From the NCBI GenBank assembly GCA_963676915.2, contig CAXXVK010000030.1, forward strand, positions 1 to 64,000: a stretch of 64,000 bases of DNA, read 5' to 3'. Within the stretch, counting starts at the first letter, position 1. Every line of letters starts with the position of its first letter. The stretch comes from Myxococcota bacterium. Lineage in GTDB: Bacteria > Myxococcota_A > SURF-8 > G963663525. Below are positions 28,444 to 38,221 of this stretch, one piece after another. A model generated the notes under the pieces. The model saw only the letters and a program-made list of their open reading frames with translations. It was not told the origin of the DNA and made no database searches. A program made the translations under genes and the position numbers.

Positions 28444-30324
28444 ATGAATCGCAAGCCTAAAATGACTCCCCGTATGGAAGACTGGAAAACCCATTATCGC
28501 GACCAGATTCTTTCCTCTCATGACGCCGTGAAAGCCGTAAAACCCGGCCATCGCGTGTTTCTCGGCACCGGTTGCGCCCAACCCAATTCCCTCGTGCAGT
28601 CGCTCACGGACCGACACGCGGAACTCAATGATGTGGAACTGATTCAGCTTTTCACGATGGGCGAAGCTCCCTACGCCGACAAAAAAATGATAGACCACTT
28701 CAAGGTCAACACGTTTTTCGTCAGCCGCAACGTTCGTAATCTGGTCAAAGAAGGATTCGGAAGTTATACTCCGATTTTCTTGAGCGACATCCCCAAACTG
28801 TTCGCTTCCGGTGAAATGCCGATCGATGTCTCTTTGATCCAGGTTTCACCTCCCGACGAACGAGGCATGTGCAGTCTTGGTGTTTCGGTCGATATCGTCA
28901 GAGCTGCCGTGGAAAACTCCCGGCTGGTCATCGCCGAAGTCAACGAGCAAATGCCCCGCACTCATGGTGATAGCCTGATCAACATTTACGATCTCGATCA
29001 CCTCGTGCCGGTCAATTCCCCGTTGATCGAATACGATTCCCAGGAGCCTACTCAGGAATCTCAGAAAATCGGCGAATACATCGCAGCGCTCGTAGAAAGC
29101 GGCTCGACGGTGGAACTGGGAATCGGCCTGATTCCCCAGGCTTCGCTCGACCATTTCAAAGGAAAATCCAACCTTGGCATTCATACCGAAATGCTGAGCG
29201 ATTCCATTATCGACCTGATTGAATCGGGCGTGGTCAACGGCTCGCGGAAATCCATGGACCCCGGCAAAGTCGTTGCAAGTTTCTGTATGGGCACGAAAAA
29301 ACTGTACGAATACATCGATGACAACCCGATGTTCAGCTTCCGTCCCACGGAATACGTCAACGATCCGTTCACCATCGCTCGTCAGACCAAAATGGTTGCC
29401 ATCAACACGTCGATGGAAGTGGATCTCACCGGTCAGGTCTGTGCCGATTCGGTCGGTCCGAAATTCTATTCCGGCATCGGCGGCCAGGTGGACTTCAACC
29501 GGGGCGCGACACAATCCCCGGGCGGCAAAGCGATCATCGCCCTTCCCTCTACCGCAAACAACGGCGAAGTATCTAGAATCGTTACACATTTAAGCCCCGG
29601 CTCCGGTGTTGTCACCACCCGAGGCGATGTGCATTACGTCGTCACCGAATATGGCACCGCTTACCTCCATGGTAAGAGCATTCAGGGTCGCGCACTGGCG
29701 TTGATCAGCATTTCGCACCCCAAATTCCGTGCGCAATTGATCAAAGAAGCCATCGAAGCCAAGTACCTGATGCCGGATATGGCCGCCGTGCAAGGCAAAA
29801 TGTTCGTCGAACCGCCTGGACTGCGTGCTTCAATGATCATGGAAGACGGCACGCCGATCAAGTTCCGCCCAATTCACCCCACGGATGAACCTCGGATGCG
29901 CGAACTGTTCTACGCTCTGAGCGAAAGCACGATTTACTATCGTTTCGGCAGCCATATGAAGAAACTGCCGCAGAAACAGATCCAGGATTTTGTGTATATC
30001 GACCACCGCAACGAAGTCTCCATCGTCGGCACCATTCCAGAGGCCCACGGCGAGGAAATCGTTGCCATGGGATGCTACTATCTCGATACCAAGAACAACC
30101 GGGCCGAGGTGGCGTTGGTCACTCGCGATCCCTGGCAGAATCGCGGTATCGGAACGTTCCTGCTGAAGACATTGGCCCGAATCGCACGTCGAAACGGCAT
30201 TCGCGGACTGACTGCGCAGATCCATTTCCAGAACAAAATCATGCAGAATCTGATGTACAAGATCGGCGCGAAAGTCAAAAGCGAATTGAAAGACGGAGTG
30301 TACGGAATTACGGTAGACTTTTAA
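28444..30324 (+). CDS. Acetyl-CoA hydrolase/CoA-transferase fused to C-terminal GNAT domain
   Basis: VSPPD, LGIHTEM, EVDLTGQ, SGIGGQVDF, VVTEYG, ISHPKFR. GNAT: FRPIHPTD...AEVALV..WQNRGIGT. Confidence 0.9.
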   Translation: MNRKPKMTPRMEDWKTHYRDQILSSHDAVKAVKPGHRVFLGTGCAQPNSLVQSLTDRHAELNDVELIQLFTMGEAPYADKKMIDHFKVNTFFVSRNVRNLVKEGFGSYTPIFLSDIPKLFASGEMPIDVSLIQVSPPDERGMCSLGVSVDIVRAAVENSRLVIAEVNEQMPRTHGDSLINIYDLDHLVPVNSPLIEYDSQEPTQESQKIGEYIAALVESGSTVELGIGLIPQASLDHFKGKSNLGIHTEMLSDSIIDLIESGVVNGSRKSMDPGKVVASFCMGTKKLYEYIDDNPMFSFRPTEYVNDPFTIARQTKMVAINTSMEVDLTGQVCADSVGPKFYSGIGGQVDFNRGATQSPGGKAIIALPSTANNGEVSRIVTHLSPGSGVVTTRGDVHYVVTEYGTAYLHGKSIQGRALALISISHPKFRAQLIKEAIEAKYLMPDMAAVQGKMFVEPPGLRASMIMEDGTPIKFRPIHPTDEPRMRELFYALSESTIYYRFGSHMKKLPQKQIQDFVYIDHRNEVSIVGTIPEAHGEEIVAMGCYYLDTKNNRAEVALVTRDPWQNRGIGTFLLKTLARIARRNGIRGLTAQIHFQNKIMQNLMYKIGAKVKSELKDGVYGITVDF

Positions 30325-30359
30325 TTGAAAAAAGCGGCTTCTCCCCTCGGAAACTTTCC

Positions 30360-30412
30360 TTGACAGAGGGGAGAAGCTTGGCTAAATTGTCGATGAATGA
30401 CCATTCATTCAT
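30360..30412 (+). promoter_or_regulatory. Sigma70 promoter plus FadR(TetR)-type operator for the beta-oxidation operon
   Basis: TTGACA-17 bp-TAAATT (30360-30388), then palindrome ATGAATGA-CCAT-TCATTCAT (30393-30412). Confidence 0.75.
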
Positions 30413-30529
30413 TTTGTTCACGTAACGGCGAATATCATTGATGACCCGGCGGCCATCGCTCGGGTCTTTCGTTTGTATTCGCTCATTGTGCAAGACGAAC
30501 CTTACTCGCACTACAACAAGGAGGTATCG

Positions 30530-32917
30530 ATGGCAAGACAGATCAAAAAGGTAGCCGTCCTGGGCGCCGGTGTAATGGGTGCCGGGATAGCCGCCCAACT
30601 CACCAATTACGGGATTCCTGTCTACCTGCTTGATATCGTCCCGCCGAAACTGACGGACGAAGAAAAGCAGATTCCAGCGAAGCGCAACGCTTTCGCGGCA
30701 GGCGCCGTAATGAAGATGAAAAAGATGAAACGGCCTCCGGTGGCGTTCTACGTCCCCGAAAACGCCAACCTCGTCACCGTCGGTAACTTCGACGATGATC
30801 TGGAAAAAATCGCCGAATGCGATTGGATCATCGAAGTAGTCGTGGAAAATCTGCAAATCAAGCAGAGCCTTTTCGAAAAAATCGAAAAGTTCCGCAAGCC
30901 CGGTACGATCATCAGCTCGAACACCTCGGGTATCGCCATCAACAAGATGGTCGAGGGACGCTCTGACGATTTCAAGAAAAACTTCTGCGTCACTCACTTC
31001 TTCAATCCTCCTTACTTCATGAAGCTTTTGGAAATGGTTCCCGGCGTGGACACCGATCCCGAAGTCATGAAAGACCTGGCGGAATTCGGCGAGACGACCC
31101 TCGGCAAAGGCATTGTCTGGGCCAAGGACACCCCCAACTTCGTCGCCAACCGCATCGGTGTGGCGGGTATCGCTTCGACCTTCAAGCACATGGTCGAAGG
31201 TGAATACACCATCGCCGAAGTCGACGCCGTCACCGGCAAAGTTTCGGGCGCGGCCATGCCGACGTTCAAAACCACCGACCTCGTGGGTCTGGACACCATT
31301 CATCACATCATCACCAACAGCTACGATCAACTCGAAGATGATGAAACCCGCGAAGATCTGAAAGTTCCCGAATGGCTGGCCAAGTTGATCGACAACGGCT
31401 GCCTCGGCACCAAGACCCGTAAAGGTTTCTACAAAAAAGAAGGCAAAAAGAAACTCGTTTGGGATTGGAAAGCGATGGAGTACGTCGAGCTTGAAAAAGT
31501 CAAGAACGACACCATCAAAAAAGCCAAAAACACCGACGATCCGGCTGAAAAAGCCAAAACTCTCATCGGTGCCGACGATCGCCTGAGCCAACTGGCGTGG
31601 AAACTGTTCGTAGACAACTGCCTGTATTCGGCACGCCGCCTGGGCGAAATCTGCGACGACATCATGCAGATCGACAACGGCATGAAATGGGGCTACAACC
31701 GTGAAAACGGCCCGTTCGAAGCCTGGGATCTCGTGGGTGTGAAAGAAAGCGTCGAGCGCATGAAAGCCGACGGCTACGAAATTCCCGCCGTCGTCGAAAC
31801 CATGCTCGAAAAGAGCGACGGAAGCTGGTACAAATCCGAGGGTGGAAAACTCTACTTCTGGGATTTCCGTGAGGAAAAATACGCTCCCGTACCGACCAAA
31901 GCCCATTGGTTCAACCTGAAACTGATGCGCGAAGACGGCAAAGTCGTCAAAGAAAACAGCGGTGCTTCGCTGATCGACATGGGCGACGGCGTACTCTGCT
32001 GCGAGTTCCACACCAAAATGAACGCCATCGACGACGACATCATCAAGATGCTGCTCGAAGGTTGCGACATGCTCGACGCTTCCGATAAATGGGAAGGCAT
32101 GGTCGTGGCCAACCAGGGAGAGAACTTCTCCGTGGGCGCGAACCTGATGATGATCATGATGCTCGCGATGGGCAAAGACTTCGATAACATCAAGCTGGCC
32201 GTCGAAGGTCTGCACGAAGCCAGCAAACGGCTGCGCTACTGCTCCAAGCCTACGGTTTCCGCGCCCTTCGGCATGGTCCTGGGTGGTGGTTGCGAAGTGC
32301 TGATGGCTACCGACGCGGTGTGCGCGCACTCCCTGAGCTGGATCGGTCTCGTCGAAATCGGCGCCGGCCTGATCCCCGGTGGTGGTGGTAACCTCGGTCT
32401 GCTGACCCGCTGGTTGGAAAACATCCCGGCATCTGCAGCCGTGGACCGCTTCCCCTACATCCAGAAAACCTTCGAAACCATCGCGATGGCTACGGTTTCC
32501 AACACGGCCGAACATGCCCGCGACCTCAAATTCCTGCGCATGTCCGACCGCATCGTCGCCAACCGTGACGACCTCATCGGCACCGCCAAGAAGATGGTTC
32601 TCGGAATGGCCACCGCCGGTTATCAACCGAAGCTGCCGCCGAACAACCTGATCCTCCCCGGCCGTCCCGGATACTCCACCTTCGAGATGGGCCTTTACAA
32701 CATGGGTCTCGGCCTGTTCGTCACCGAGCACGAAGTCAAGATCGCCAAGAAACTGGCGAACGTCCTGACCGGCGGCGACATCGAACCGAACACGGCCGTG
32801 AGCGAAGACTACCTGCTCGAACTCGAAACGGAAGCCTTCATGAGCCTCGTCGGAGAGCCGAAGTCCATCGAACGTATGCAGTCCCTGCTGACCACCGGCA
32901 AGCCGCTGCGCAACTAG
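30530..32917 (+). CDS. 3-hydroxyacyl-CoA dehydrogenase / enoyl-CoA hydratase (FadN-type domain order)
   Basis: VAVLGAGVMG, EVVVE, SSNTSG, HFFNPP, PNFVANRIG; crotonase domain NFSVGANL, GGGCE, GLVEIGAGLIPGGGG. AAGGAGG RBS. Confidence 0.93.
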   Translation: MARQIKKVAVLGAGVMGAGIAAQLTNYGIPVYLLDIVPPKLTDEEKQIPAKRNAFAAGAVMKMKKMKRPPVAFYVPENANLVTVGNFDDDLEKIAECDWIIEVVVENLQIKQSLFEKIEKFRKPGTIISSNTSGIAINKMVEGRSDDFKKNFCVTHFFNPPYFMKLLEMVPGVDTDPEVMKDLAEFGETTLGKGIVWAKDTPNFVANRIGVAGIASTFKHMVEGEYTIAEVDAVTGKVSGAAMPTFKTTDLVGLDTIHHIITNSYDQLEDDETREDLKVPEWLAKLIDNGCLGTKTRKGFYKKEGKKKLVWDWKAMEYVELEKVKNDTIKKAKNTDDPAEKAKTLIGADDRLSQLAWKLFVDNCLYSARRLGEICDDIMQIDNGMKWGYNRENGPFEAWDLVGVKESVERMKADGYEIPAVVETMLEKSDGSWYKSEGGKLYFWDFREEKYAPVPTKAHWFNLKLMREDGKVVKENSGASLIDMGDGVLCCEFHTKMNAIDDDIIKMLLEGCDMLDASDKWEGMVVANQGENFSVGANLMMIMMLAMGKDFDNIKLAVEGLHEASKRLRYCSKPTVSAPFGMVLGGGCEVLMATDAVCAHSLSWIGLVEIGAGLIPGGGGNLGLLTRWLENIPASAAVDRFPYIQKTFETIAMATVSNTAEHARDLKFLRMSDRIVANRDDLIGTAKKMVLGMATAGYQPKLPPNNLILPGRPGYSTFEMGLYNMGLGLFVTEHEVKIAKKLANVLTGGDIEPNTAVSEDYLLELETEAFMSLVGEPKSIERMQSLLTTGKPLRN

Positions 32918-32982
32918 GAATTATGGCTAGGACATCAAGAAATTCCGCGGCACAAGCCGCGTCAAGAAAAGGAGCTTGAATC

Positions 32983-34162
32983 ATGAGAAAAGCCGTTATC
33001 GTAGCCGCGAAGCGCACGCCGATCGGTCGCGCCAAACGAGGCACGCTGATTTACACCCGCCCCGAATCGATGGGTAAAGTGGTCATCCAGAAGATCCTCG
33101 AAGTAACCGGTGTCAAAGGTGAAGAAATCGACGACTTGGTCGTTGGTTGCGCCATGCCGGAAGCCGAGCAGGGCATGAACATCGCCCGCATGGTCGGCCT
33201 GCACGCCGGTCTGCCGGATCGCGTTCCTGCCGTGACCGTCAACCGCTTCTGCTCTTCCGGACTCGAAACCATCGCCATGGCCGCGACCCGCGTTGTGGCC
33301 GGATACCAGGACATCGTTCTGGCCGGTGGCGTCGAAACCATGTCCATGATCCCCATGGGCGGCAACAAGATCGTCGGCCATCCCGACATCACCGCCGATT
33401 CTCACCAGATCGAAGGCTACTGCTCGATGGGTAACACCGCCGAGCACGTCGTACAGCGCTACGGTGAAGAATTCAACCTGACCCGTGAAGAAATGGACCG
33501 CTTTGGTCTGGAATCCAACCTCAAAGCCGCTGCCGCCATCAAGGCCGGTAAGTTTGATGAGGAAATCGTTCCGATGCCGTACACCACCTGGAAAAACGGC
33601 AAAAAGATCGAAGGCGTCTTCAAGATGGACGAAGGCCCCCGCCCGAACTCCACCATGGAAGGCATGGCCAAACTGCGTCCCGCGTTCAAGGTGAAAGGTT
33701 CCGTCACGGCGGCCAACTCTTCCCAGATGAACGACGGCGCGGCTTTCGCGTTGATCATGTCCGAAGAAGAAGCCAACAAACGTGGCTTGGAAATCCTGGC
33801 CTACTTCCGTAACTACCAGGTCGAAGGTGTCCGCCCCGACGAAATGGGTGTCGGACCTGCGGCCGCGATTCCGAAGCTGTTGGCCAAAGAAGGTCTGACC
33901 GTGGACGACATCGACGTGTTCGAACTGAACGAAGCTTTCGCCAGCCAGGCGATTGTACAGCATGCGCAAACTCGGTATCGACCCGAAGAAGGTCAACCCG
34001 AACGGCGGCGCCATCGCTTTGGGCCACCCGCTGGGCTGCACCGGCGCGAAGCTGACCACCCAGATCGTGCACGAAATGAAGCGCGAAGGTCACAAGCTGG
34101 GTATCGTTTCCATGTGCATCGGCGGCGGCATGGGCGCTGCGGGACTGTTTGAACGCCCCTAA
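32983..34162 (+). CDS. Acetyl-CoA C-acyltransferase (thiolase); one extra base at ~33950-33953
   Basis: [24 protein letters not shown]; the other frame continues [26 protein letters not shown]. Confidence 0.92.
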
Positions 34163-34197
34163 GGTACGTTCGACGTCCTTTCTCCATTAGGAGATCC

Positions 34198-34228
34198 AAA
34201 CGGGAGGCCACATGGTCTCCCGTTTTTT
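34198..34228 (+). terminator. Intrinsic terminator after thiolase
   Basis: AAACGGGAGGCC..GGTCTCCCGTTT plus T run. Confidence 0.85.
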
Positions 34229-34372
34229 GTTTCTAGTGTTGCAAAACTGTTGCCCTATGTCCTTGTCTTGATCAACATTTACCGATTGTTGACTTTCGCC
34301 TCCGCTTTGCGCTATTTTCGACACTGGATGAGCGTTTGTTTGTGTCTCAAACCTATGAACTCGACGGTTCCC

Positions 34373-35401
34373 ATGGCAAAACTCTCTTCAGCCTTTCTCG
34401 CTTTCTGTGTTGTCACACTGTCTTGCGTTTTTCTATCCTGCACGAGTCATCTGACCGAAGATCCGGCCGATAATGACCAGATCGCCGACCTGGATTTGGA
34501 TCTTGAAGATGAAGAAAGCGAAAGCACTCCGGGCGATATCGACGAAATCGAACCCGAACCCGATGCCATCGACGAAGAACCCGAGCTGGAACCGGAGCCA
34601 GAACCAGAGCCTGAACCTGAACCGGAACCAGAGGAGGAAGAAGCAGAATACGAAGAAGCTCCTCAAATTTCTCCCTATTCAAAGCTTTCCAATCAACTGC
34701 CGAGTTATCCAATCGACTTGGCCAATCCCGGCGCGATTCGTGTGTTCATCGAAGTCAGCGGCGAGGATCTTCCGGTATGGGATATCAATATCCCGCTGTG
34801 GATCGTCCATCCTTTCCGTGGAGAACTGAGCATCGTGCTCGAAAGCCCGTCGGGTCGTAAAGTCACCTTGTTCGAGCCAAGTTCCGACGGAGCCTCCAAC
34901 ATCCTGGAAATGTTGACCGTCACCGGCTTCCGTGGCGACCGCACAACCGGCACCTGGACTTTGACCGTCACCGATACCTTGCAAGATGACGCCGGACAAC
35001 TGGTCTGGTGGACGCTGCTATTCGTCGATCCACCCGAATTCGAAACCGACCCGAGTCTTAACGCCTGGCCGATCGAAATTCCCGACAACGACTCGTACGG
35101 CGTTACGGACGTTGTGCAAGTAGAACAAAGCGGAACGCTGAACAAAGTATGCGTTTTCGTCGCGATTCGGCACCGTTTTCCCGGAGATCTGCATATCGTG
35201 CTGACTTCACCGGACGGGGATTCGGCAGTCCTTAAAGAACGTAACGATTTGAATTCCCTGGGACTTTTCGAAACCTACATACTGGACGACTTCAAAGGCA
35301 ATGAACGCCAAGGAACCTGGGCACTTACGGTTTCCGACCGACGAACCGGCGACTGGGGCTACTGGGACGGCTGGAACCTCACCTTCGATTGTGCTGACTG
35401 A
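34373..35401 (+). CDS. Lipoprotein with two proprotein-convertase P-domains and an EP-rich linker
   Basis: FLS-C lipobox; two copies of I.H...G(E/D)L.IVL.SP.G ... G.W.L.V.D....D.G....W.L. Confidence 0.85.
   Translation: MAKLSSAFLAFCVVTLSCVFLSCTSHLTEDPADNDQIADLDLDLEDEESESTPGDIDEIEPEPDAIDEEPELEPEPEPEPEPEPEPEEEEAEYEEAPQISPYSKLSNQLPSYPIDLANPGAIRVFIEVSGEDLPVWDINIPLWIVHPFRGELSIVLESPSGRKVTLFEPSSDGASNILEMLTVTGFRGDRTTGTWTLTVTDTLQDDAGQLVWWTLLFVDPPEFETDPSLNAWPIEIPDNDSYGVTDVVQVEQSGTLNKVCVFVAIRHRFPGDLHIVLTSPDGDSAVLKERNDLNSLGLFETYILDDFKGNERQGTWALTVSDRRTGDWGYWDGWNLTFDCAD
34548..34635 (+). repeat. Glu-Pro hexanucleotide repeat (coding linker)
   Basis: GARCCN units encoding EPEP...EPELEPEPEPEPEPEPEPE. Confidence 0.8.
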
Positions 35402-35467
35402 CAAGCTATCCTTAGGGAATTACAAGCCTTTTGCCAATTAGAATCCATTTTCCTCAAGGAGGCTTCC

Positions 35468-35794
35468 ATGCTCGCCTATTGCGGACTCGACTGTCACCAG
35501 TGCCCTGCTTACCTTGCTACACAAAATGATGATGAGGCGTTGCGGCAAAAAACCGCCGCCGAATGGTCGGCGATGTTTCAGGCAACCATCACGCCCGAGC
35601 AAATCGTCTGTCATGGATGCAAAAGCGATGGACAAGAACAGTTCTTCCATTGTTCACAATGCGGAATTCGCTCGTGCGCACGTTCCAAAGGATTCGACAC
35701 CTGCGCCCCCTGCGAAGACTACGCCTGTGATCAACTCGCTTTCGTGATCGATAACGTCCCGGAAGCCAAGGCGGCGTTGGAAAAACTGCGATAA
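35468..35794 (+). CDS. Cys-rich DUF3795-family protein
   Basis: AYCGLDC..CP, C.GC, C..C.IR.CA, C..C..Y.C pattern; AAGGAGG RBS. Confidence 0.85.
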   Translation: MLAYCGLDCHQCPAYLATQNDDEALRQKTAAEWSAMFQATITPEQIVCHGCKSDGQEQFFHCSQCGIRSCARSKGFDTCAPCEDYACDQLAFVIDNVPEAKAALEKLR

Positions 35795-35833
35795 CAACCT
35801 CAAACGATTTGCCAAAAATCGTTCCACGTCACG

Positions 35834-38018
35834 CTAAAACATACCGAGTTTGGGAATGGTCGTCTCGAAATAGAGCAACGCCTGCCCATAGATATGCCAG
35901 TTTGCCGGAATGAAATCCCGCCCCATCGGTGCCATGGTGTATTTCAACATGCTTGGCATACCGGGGTGGTGATCGTAGAAATACGTAACGGAAGCCTCCA
36001 ACCCGACACTGACAATAGAATGCAACGGCGCTCCTCCGCGAAAATCGCGACGACTCCACAGATGATTGTATTGCATTCGACCGCCCCCCTCTACGTTGAA
36101 TGACTTCGCATCCGTAACCAAATAGCGAAAGCCACCGAAAGTTTTCAACGTCAAGCGGTTATCCAGCAGGTTCCTGTCGTAAATAACGGAAAAATAGCTG
36201 GCCAGGTTGTATTTATCCCCTTTTTTCATTCCACTTCGGATATCCAGAATTTCTGGAGCCATACCGACCGAAAACAGCAAGCGACGGGTTAAAAAACTCC
36301 ACAGTGTGCCCATTACCTAAGGCATTGAGCACTACACCGAATTCCAGAGGCCGGAAACCATAGGAACTTGTATCGCTTTCGTACAGCATTTCCAGCATGT
36401 CCAGTTTGATTCCCCACCAGGAGTGTGGAACACATTTCGTTTCGAAAGGATTGACGAAGGGATAATCCACTTCCGTACGTCCCGAACCGTCTTCCGCTTC
36501 CATTCTACAAAACAGCAAAGCAGGATTTTCCACCGCCTTGACATGCAAAAGATAGGAAGACGGCGCGAAAGTAAACACCGAGTCGAAACGCATAACGTTG
36601 AATTGACCACTGGTCGTGGGTACTTCGGCGATGGTCGTACCGATCATCATTCCCCGCATGTTGCCGCCAGCCATACGGATTTTCCCGATTTTTACAGCTT
36701 GAATCTCCTCCTCGCGAGTCAGAGAACAGTCTTTGTCCGTTCGTCCACAGGGGCAATCGGGATCGAATTCGTTGGAAAACTTCTTTTCGACCTTCAGGTC
36801 ATAGGTATCCAAACCGACCTGATCGGCAAACGGACCGAATTCCTGTTTCATGTCGCGTCGGATGTTCTCGATAATCCAGGGAAAATCCTTCTGACTGACC
36901 CATTTTTTTCCGTTATCCGGCAATAGGAACGTCCGAGCTTTCTTGGGATCGACGTAAAAATGGAATTCGTACAGATCCTCCAACCGGAGATCTTTCGGAC
37001 CAGCCGTTGGAACCTCCAAAACTTCCGGCTTGTCCTTACGAACTCCGCAATAGGGAGAAAAAGCGTCCGGTACCCGCCACGGGGTGATGGAATCGCCGAC
37101 CTCCATGTTACGCCGGGTAATCAGTCGCATGTCGGGGATTTTCTTCGAACTGTCCCACCAGATTCCATCCACGACATTCAACGTTTCCTTGGTATGACCG
37201 TTGGGTAAAGGCACCAGGGAATGGACTTTCTCATTAAGAATACGAGTGACCTGCTCGTCGTAGTCGTTCCCGTTTCGAATGGCTTCAGCCCCGATTTTCG
37301 CCCCTAGAAGATTGGAATAGAGGTCTTCCGGGGAAAACGAAGAGGCTTTTTCGGAAAAGATATCGACACTGCGGTAATCGTACCAGGTAACGATTTCGTG
37401 CCAGACGGACAGCATGAAACTGATCCGTTCCGCAAGCAACAAGGCCAGCTCGTCTTTTTCTTCCTGCGTCAGAGTTTCTTGAATGGAACGTAAAAGAATA
37501 AAGCGCTTTCCGCCTTCCGCCGGAATCGGCAACAACACGCCGCTTCCGAGTACGATACGGATTCTTTCGTACAAATACGCCGTGTAGTCGGCATAATCCC
37601 TGATGTGGGCAATATCTACGACACCACCGCGACAGGTGTATATCAAGCCCAATTGCTCTGTTTCCACGCTGAGTTTACGGTAGGAATGCCGTCCCAGGCG
37701 ATCCGGGTACAAGATGTTGTCCAGTTTGACCGGAACGCTGGTATCGTTGAGCGTTGTCCTGAGATTATATCCCAGCATACAGCAAGGACGAAGTTTCGGA
37801 GGTTTCAGAAAACGTTCGACCTTCACCCCGTCTGTAAACTCTTCCCGTTCTTTTTCTACTTCAGAATTGTTTTCATTACATCCCGGAACCGTTGCACCAG
37901 CCGTCTGAGAAATCTCAGGAGAAGACTCAAGCGGTTCCGACTCCTGCGCCCAAGCGGCTGGAATCGCCCACACAAGCAGCAGCCATGCACCAATCAAACG
38001 GGAGCAAACTTCGTTCAT
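35834..38018 (-). CDS. DUF4056-domain exported protein with beta-rich C-terminus; one extra T at ~36291-36296
   Basis: Signal peptide; LRPCC.LGY, GLIYTCRGG.VDIAHIRD, WHEI..WY, FSPEDLYSNLLG. Removing one T joins ORF 35834-36313 as TVEFLTRRLLF. Confidence 0.75.
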
Positions 38019-38116
38019 CCCAAAACGTCCTTCGGCAAACAATCAACTATCCGGGAAAAGAAATCCTATAGAGAATCATAACGCCTCGGAAACGTTTTGG
38101 AAACAATCCGATGCCG

Positions 38117-38160
38117 AAAAAGAAAACCTCTCGGAACATGTCGTTTGCCGAGAGGTTTCT
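38117..38160 (-). terminator. Intrinsic terminator after lon
   Basis: AAACCTCTCGG...CCGAGAGGTTT with T run on the minus strand. Confidence 0.7.
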
Positions 38161-38221
38161 TGAGGATTTTTTTAGCCGAAACGATGGTAAATCCTTCATT
38201 AAAAAGGATTCACCGTCATTC

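Noticed and set aside
30308-32731. 807-aa antisense ORF opposite the dehydrogenase/hydratase gene (similar long ORFs at 11207-12835, 14267-15481, 26844-27935, 39362-40411, 60603-61628)
   Set aside because: Shadow frames of strongly codon-biased sense genes; no motifs or ribosome-binding sites.
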